Source: Bdellovibrionales bacterium (GTDB lineage: Bacteria; Bdellovibrionota; Bdellovibrionia; Bdellovibrionales; JAUICD01). From it: a stretch of DNA of 64,000 nucleotides. Each line of letters begins with the position of its first letter. Within the stretch, counting starts at the first letter, position 1. Shown here piece after piece: positions 59,982 to 64,000 of this stretch. The translations under genes were made by a program, and so were the position numbers. The stretch lies in contig OZ253553.1 in NCBI GenBank assembly GCA_965262715.1, positions 2,624,001 to 2,688,000 of the forward strand, given 5' to 3'. Under the pieces are notes generated by a model. The model saw only the letters and a program-made list of their open reading frames with translations, made no database searches and had not been told where the DNA came from.

Positions 59982-61055
59982 TTATTGGAATTGCTTCCAG
60001 TATCGAAGATAAGCTTTTTCCTCTTTTCGAAGAGAGTGATTCTTAGTCAGGGATATCTTTGGTAATTTTTCGAAAACTGTTTTTTCTTCTACAGATTCAA
60101 TAATAGGAAACATATAGTTTTTTGTCATAATTAACTTTTGAACCTCTTTGTGATGTAGAAACTTTACAAACTTTATTGCAACTTCTAGACGAGGACTATT
60201 TGCAACAACTCCTGCAAACTCGATTTGATAAGGATGACCTTTATCAAAACTCATGACTTGAAGTTCTGTGTCATTTTCTTCTATCCAGTGGTAAGCAAGA
60301 GATGTAAGGTAAGAAAAAGCTGTATGAGTTTGTTTCTTTGTAAATAAACCATAAGCTGCGCTCCATGAAGGAGAGATAAAATAGGCTTTTTTGATAAATT
60401 GGTGAAGTGTTTCCTCTCCAAACTGATGAATAATCCAAACCAAAAATTGAAAACCAGGAGAGCTGCTCCTAGGATCCATTAAAGAGTATTTCATATTAGA
60501 TGTGAAAATATCTTGAGGTGTTTTAAAGAATGTTTGTTTTTGAATATCTTCTTTCTGTCTGTAAATAAAGGTAAAGGGAGACCAATTATAAGGTACAAAG
60601 ACATTAAATGGGGTAATATCTTCTTTAGATAAATGTGTTTCACGTAGTCTTTTAGAAAGCTTGATATCTTCACTAAGTGGAGTCTCTTTCCATTTTAGAA
60701 GTTGATAAGCTTGCTTAAGAGAAAATTGATCAAGTCCTAAAACAACATCTGCATCAACACTATTTTTTATTTTTAATTCAGTTTTTAATCTTTGTACAAG
60801 CATTCTTGCATCGCCAATGTTCTCAAAATGAACGTCGCAATGAGTTTCTTCTTTGAAAAGCTTTTTTAGATCAGTGCCAGGACCTGTTGGACTGGCAAAT
60901 GAAGAATAAGTGTAGACATAAACTTCACATAAAATCTCTTGAGTTATCTTTGAAGTTATAAAATTGTAAATAATAAATGAAAATAATAGAAATACAACAG
61001 TAGTTAAAGCAATGATGTTTTTGAAGGTACAATAGGTTCTCATATATTTTACCAA
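59982..61055 (-). CDS. thiB: Thiamine ABC transporter substrate-binding protein
   Basis: VYTYSSF....GPG, ADVVLGLD, DPRSSSPG, WS.AYGLF, SYLTS.AYH. Confidence 0.88.
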   Translation of the reverse strand: MVKYMRTYCTFKNIIALTTVVFLLFSFIIYNFITSKITQEILCEVYVYTYSSFASPTGPGTDLKKLFKEETHCDVHFENIGDARMLVQRLKTELKIKNSVDADVVLGLDQFSLKQAYQLLKWKETPLSEDIKLSKRLRETHLSKEDITPFNVFVPYNWSPFTFIYRQKEDIQKQTFFKTPQDIFTSNMKYSLMDPRSSSPGFQFLVWIIHQFGEETLHQFIKKAYFISPSWSAAYGLFTKKQTHTAFSYLTSLAYHWIEENDTELQVMSFDKGHPYQIEFAGVVANSPRLEVAIKFVKFLHHKEVQKLIMTKNYMFPIIESVEEKTVFEKLPKISLTKNHSLRKEEKAYLRYWKQFQ

Positions 61056-61269
61056 ATGTGCTATTGATGCTTTTAGACAGAGTGATAGAATAGAGTATGT
61101 TATATATATAAGTATTTTATTTGATAGTCAAACCTCACTTATTTTCGAAGTTATAATAGAATAAACCAATACTTGCCTATTACAGTGTAATATTTATTTG
61201 CTTTTATTTGACTTATATCAAAAGTTCAAATATGAGATATATTGTTAAAACTGATGAGATATTAATAAG

Positions 61270-62949
61270 ATGTTCAAGGCATTATTGTTGTTTTTATTTG
61301 TATTTGGAGCTTCAACTTCCAAGGTTCACGGGATATCTAAAAAAGAAGATAGAGAATGTGCTATTGCACTTGTAAAGGCTGGAGAAATTGAGCCTTCTAG
61401 TAGGCAAGAACATTCTCCTAGTAATGATGAACTGAATGGAGATAATGCGAGTACTTTTAGATATTTCTGGCATAAAAATTCTACTAATATTTCTGTTTTG
61501 AAAACCTTTGCAGATAAAATACATATTATGAAAAGTCATGATGATGCCCTTCATATATATGCAAATCAATTGTTAATAACCGCTATTTTCTCATTTATGT
61601 TAAAAATGAAAGAACTCATAGAGGCAGGTACTATAGATATTGATATATTACCTGATTATATTAAAGAGACTATCTCTTCACTTGATGAATTTTCTCCTGT
61701 TGAAATGTTTATACGTGCTCATGTTATAAATAAAACTGCTGAGCAATTAGAAATCTCTGGTAAAATTGATTTTAAGTATCATGAACTTCGAAGTATGAAT
61801 GGAATAGAAGAAATAGCATTTCAGAATGAAAATAGTTATTTTAAAGAAGATGAAAAAAGCATGAGAGGTAAAAGATATAGTAGGTTTTATATTGCCGGTC
61901 TTGATCATGTTAGTGAAAGTCTAAACTTAGCTCAATCCCTATATTCAAGAGCTATAAGTTCAAGATCTATGAACCCTTACACTACACATATTCCAGAATT
62001 TGCAGCGTTGATTGATTCACATATAGCTTTTATTGAAGTGAGTATTGGGACTCAAAGGTCTTCTAGTAAGGCAGATAGACTAAGATTATTAAGTTTGTTG
62101 AAAGAAGAAGCAAACAAGCGTCGATATTTGAAAATCGTTACTTACTTCTGGTGGTTTAATTTTAATTTACGTCTTGCTATTCTTGTCACTCCTTCAGAGG
62201 AAAGAGATAGAGGTCATATCTTTTTTTCTGAGAGCATTGGAAGATTAATAGCTAATGATCAGCTAGAAGCTTTATATCTTGAAGCTATGTATAAATATTC
62301 CAGCCATGTAGAATCTGATAAGAATGATAGTTTATATACTCTACCTGAATTAATGGAATCTATTTGTAAAATATTTGATGAGTTTCCAAAAAGAATTCTA
62401 ATCCCTACAATAAGCAAATTGGGAATTATTTCTCTTAGCAAGACTGATGGAACTAAAGTGCAATTGATTCGCTTAAGAGATAAACCTATTAATGTTAATG
62501 GTATACTTATGTATCCTGATGAGCTTTTTATTGATGATATAAAGTTCGATAGTTCAAATAAGGAAACTGGCAGCACCGTACATGTTTTTGATTCTTATTT
62601 TAAGAAAAAATTAGGAACACTTAAGAAACCTGATAGACAGGCAGCTGAATATATTTATTTTAAGCTGACTCGTGAACATTTTAACTTTGTAACCATAATA
62701 AACCTCAAAGATACCATAGAAGAGGGTGACGATGAATATATCAATCTCTTAAGCTTTATTCCAAGTCGTTTAAACCGGACGCCTAATGATGTTAGGGAAT
62801 TTATAAATAGAGGTGAAAGAGTTATTATTAGACTGGTTTCAGAAATAGTCGAAGAACTTGATATAATTGACAAGTCTTCCCTGTCCGGCTTATCTGAAGA
62901 ACAAGTAACAAGGTTATACTATCTAATGATAGATTATTTTCTTAAATAG
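61270..62949 (+). CDS. Secreted hypothetical protein, extended paralog of 6382..7425
   Basis: YIAGLDH, THIPEFAALI, WWFNFNLRLA, FPKRILIPT. Confidence 0.8.
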   Translation: MFKALLLFLFVFGASTSKVHGISKKEDRECAIALVKAGEIEPSSRQEHSPSNDELNGDNASTFRYFWHKNSTNISVLKTFADKIHIMKSHDDALHIYANQLLITAIFSFMLKMKELIEAGTIDIDILPDYIKETISSLDEFSPVEMFIRAHVINKTAEQLEISGKIDFKYHELRSMNGIEEIAFQNENSYFKEDEKSMRGKRYSRFYIAGLDHVSESLNLAQSLYSRAISSRSMNPYTTHIPEFAALIDSHIAFIEVSIGTQRSSSKADRLRLLSLLKEEANKRRYLKIVTYFWWFNFNLRLAILVTPSEERDRGHIFFSESIGRLIANDQLEALYLEAMYKYSSHVESDKNDSLYTLPELMESICKIFDEFPKRILIPTISKLGIISLSKTDGTKVQLIRLRDKPINVNGILMYPDELFIDDIKFDSSNKETGSTVHVFDSYFKKKLGTLKKPDRQAAEYIYFKLTREHFNFVTIINLKDTIEEGDDEYINLLSFIPSRLNRTPNDVREFINRGERVIIRLVSEIVEELDIIDKSSLSGLSEEQVTRLYYLMIDYFLK

Positions 62950-63039
62950 AAATGGCCTTGTTGCACAAATCTCATCTTAAATCTTTATGCAACATATATG
63001 GATATGGATCCGTCTGTTAAGCAAGCAAAAAATGTAACA

Positions 63040-63200
63040 TGTTATAAGATAATGAAGATATCCTCTCTACTAAAATGCATCAGGCTTTCTAGGCAGTCAG
63101 CATTTTCTTGAAGGGGAGGTAGTAAATAGAAACTTTACTTAACATTGTGTTAAACAATGAGAGGAATCTTCTTCCTAAAAATAGACAGGTTCTTTAGGGA
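63040..63200. repeat. Dispersed hairpin repeat family, copy D (two arms, reverse orientation)
   Basis: CTACTAAAATGCATCAGGCTTTCTAGGCAGTCAGCATTTTCTTGAAG is the reverse complement of arms in copies B and C; TTAACATTGTGTTAA. Confidence 0.85.
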
Positions 63201-63282
63201 AACAATTTATTAGGATTTTCCTTGACTAATATCAGAAACTATTATATAAAGTATTTCCTTTAAAGTAATAGAAAGACATTAA

Positions 63283-64000
63283 ATGTTGAAGGTATTAGCA
63301 GGGATTATTTTTTTATTAGTAGGATCGCATTTAGAAGCTCAAGGAGTTACACCTCCTAATGAAAATGGTATAAATTCAACAGATCCATCTTGTATCCTTG
63401 CTCTTCAATGAAATAAATACTTTGCTGAGACTGAAGATCAACTGGAGGGATATGATAAATCCTACATTGCTGGTCTTGATCACGCCATGGAAAACTTGAG
63501 ATTAGTTCAATCTTTAAGAGAGAGGCTGCGTAATGATAAATCTATTGATGCTCATACTTTACATATTCCAGAATTTGCAGATTTAATTGATACACATATA
63601 ACTTTTATTGAGGACGGTATTAAATCTCAAAGATATGGTGACGAATCTGACAGGTTAGAGTTATTAGAAAGGCTTAAATCTGAAGGACAACAACAAAAAA
63701 CTTCAAGGACAGTGACTTATCGTTGGTGGTTTAATTTTAATTTACGTCTTTCTTTTTTTGCCACTCCTTATTCTATAGAATTTATAACAAATGATGAGTT
63801 AGAAGATATTTATAAAAACCCAGTATATTTCTCTCCTTATAAAGTCGAGATGATTGAAAAAATAAGATTTTTGTTGGATAAATTTCCAGAAAGGATCATG
63901 ATTCCTACAATACATAATTTGGGCATTATGTCTATAAATAAAGTCTATGGAACAGGAATACATCTTATTGGGTTAAGGAATAGACCTACTATAAATATGG
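63283..64000 (+). pseudogene. Third member of the YIxGLDH family with an in-frame TGA at codon 43; runs off the window
   Basis: MLKVLAGII..SCILALQ*NKYF..YIAGLDH..HIPEFADLI..WWFNFNLRLS..FPERIMIPT. Confidence 0.8.

Noticed and set aside
61056..61269. TPP riboswitch upstream of thiB
   Set aside because: No CTGAGA core or matching stems found on the minus strand.
63409..63411. Stop-codon reassignment or selenocysteine
   Set aside because: TGA terminates normal genes here (e.g. asnB and the pilins), and other broken genes use TAA or TAG.

Overview
Low-GC bacterial chromosomal segment. Its gene content suggests a Bdellovibrionota-like, probably host-associated organism (inference from the tandem PilA-type pilins, many orphan secreted proteins and about ten gene remnants). 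Housekeeping genes are guaB, miaB, smc, rtcB, asnC/asnB, mutT, dsbD, a thiamine-type ABC transporter and tRNA-Asp. They are interleaved with lineage-specific secreted zincin proteases and a three-member unknown secreted family. A defence-rich stretch starts at tRNA-Asp (about 25.9-46.9 kb). Its most striking locus is a single ORF fusing an Ec86/St85-type retron effector (NDT-like plus wHTH) to a retron reverse transcriptase. No msr-msd is evident upstream, but a ~230-nt highly structured element lies just downstream and appears to be transcribed convergently. The same stretch holds an hsdR remnant, two AlbA/Schlafen-ATPase genes, an island flanked by a 768-bp duplication of the rtcB 3' end, a GHKL-kinase/STAS/PIN operon, TA modules and a Fic gene. 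Non-coding highlights are two mutually inverted 28-bp (11-6-11) sites upstream of the pilins, a dispersed hairpin repeat family, and a GC-rich 14-bp micro-unit (GCCTCGAGAGGCTC-like) found in tandem inside those hairpins and also inside a degenerate tRNA copy. All calls come from motif recognition by eye; no searches were run.
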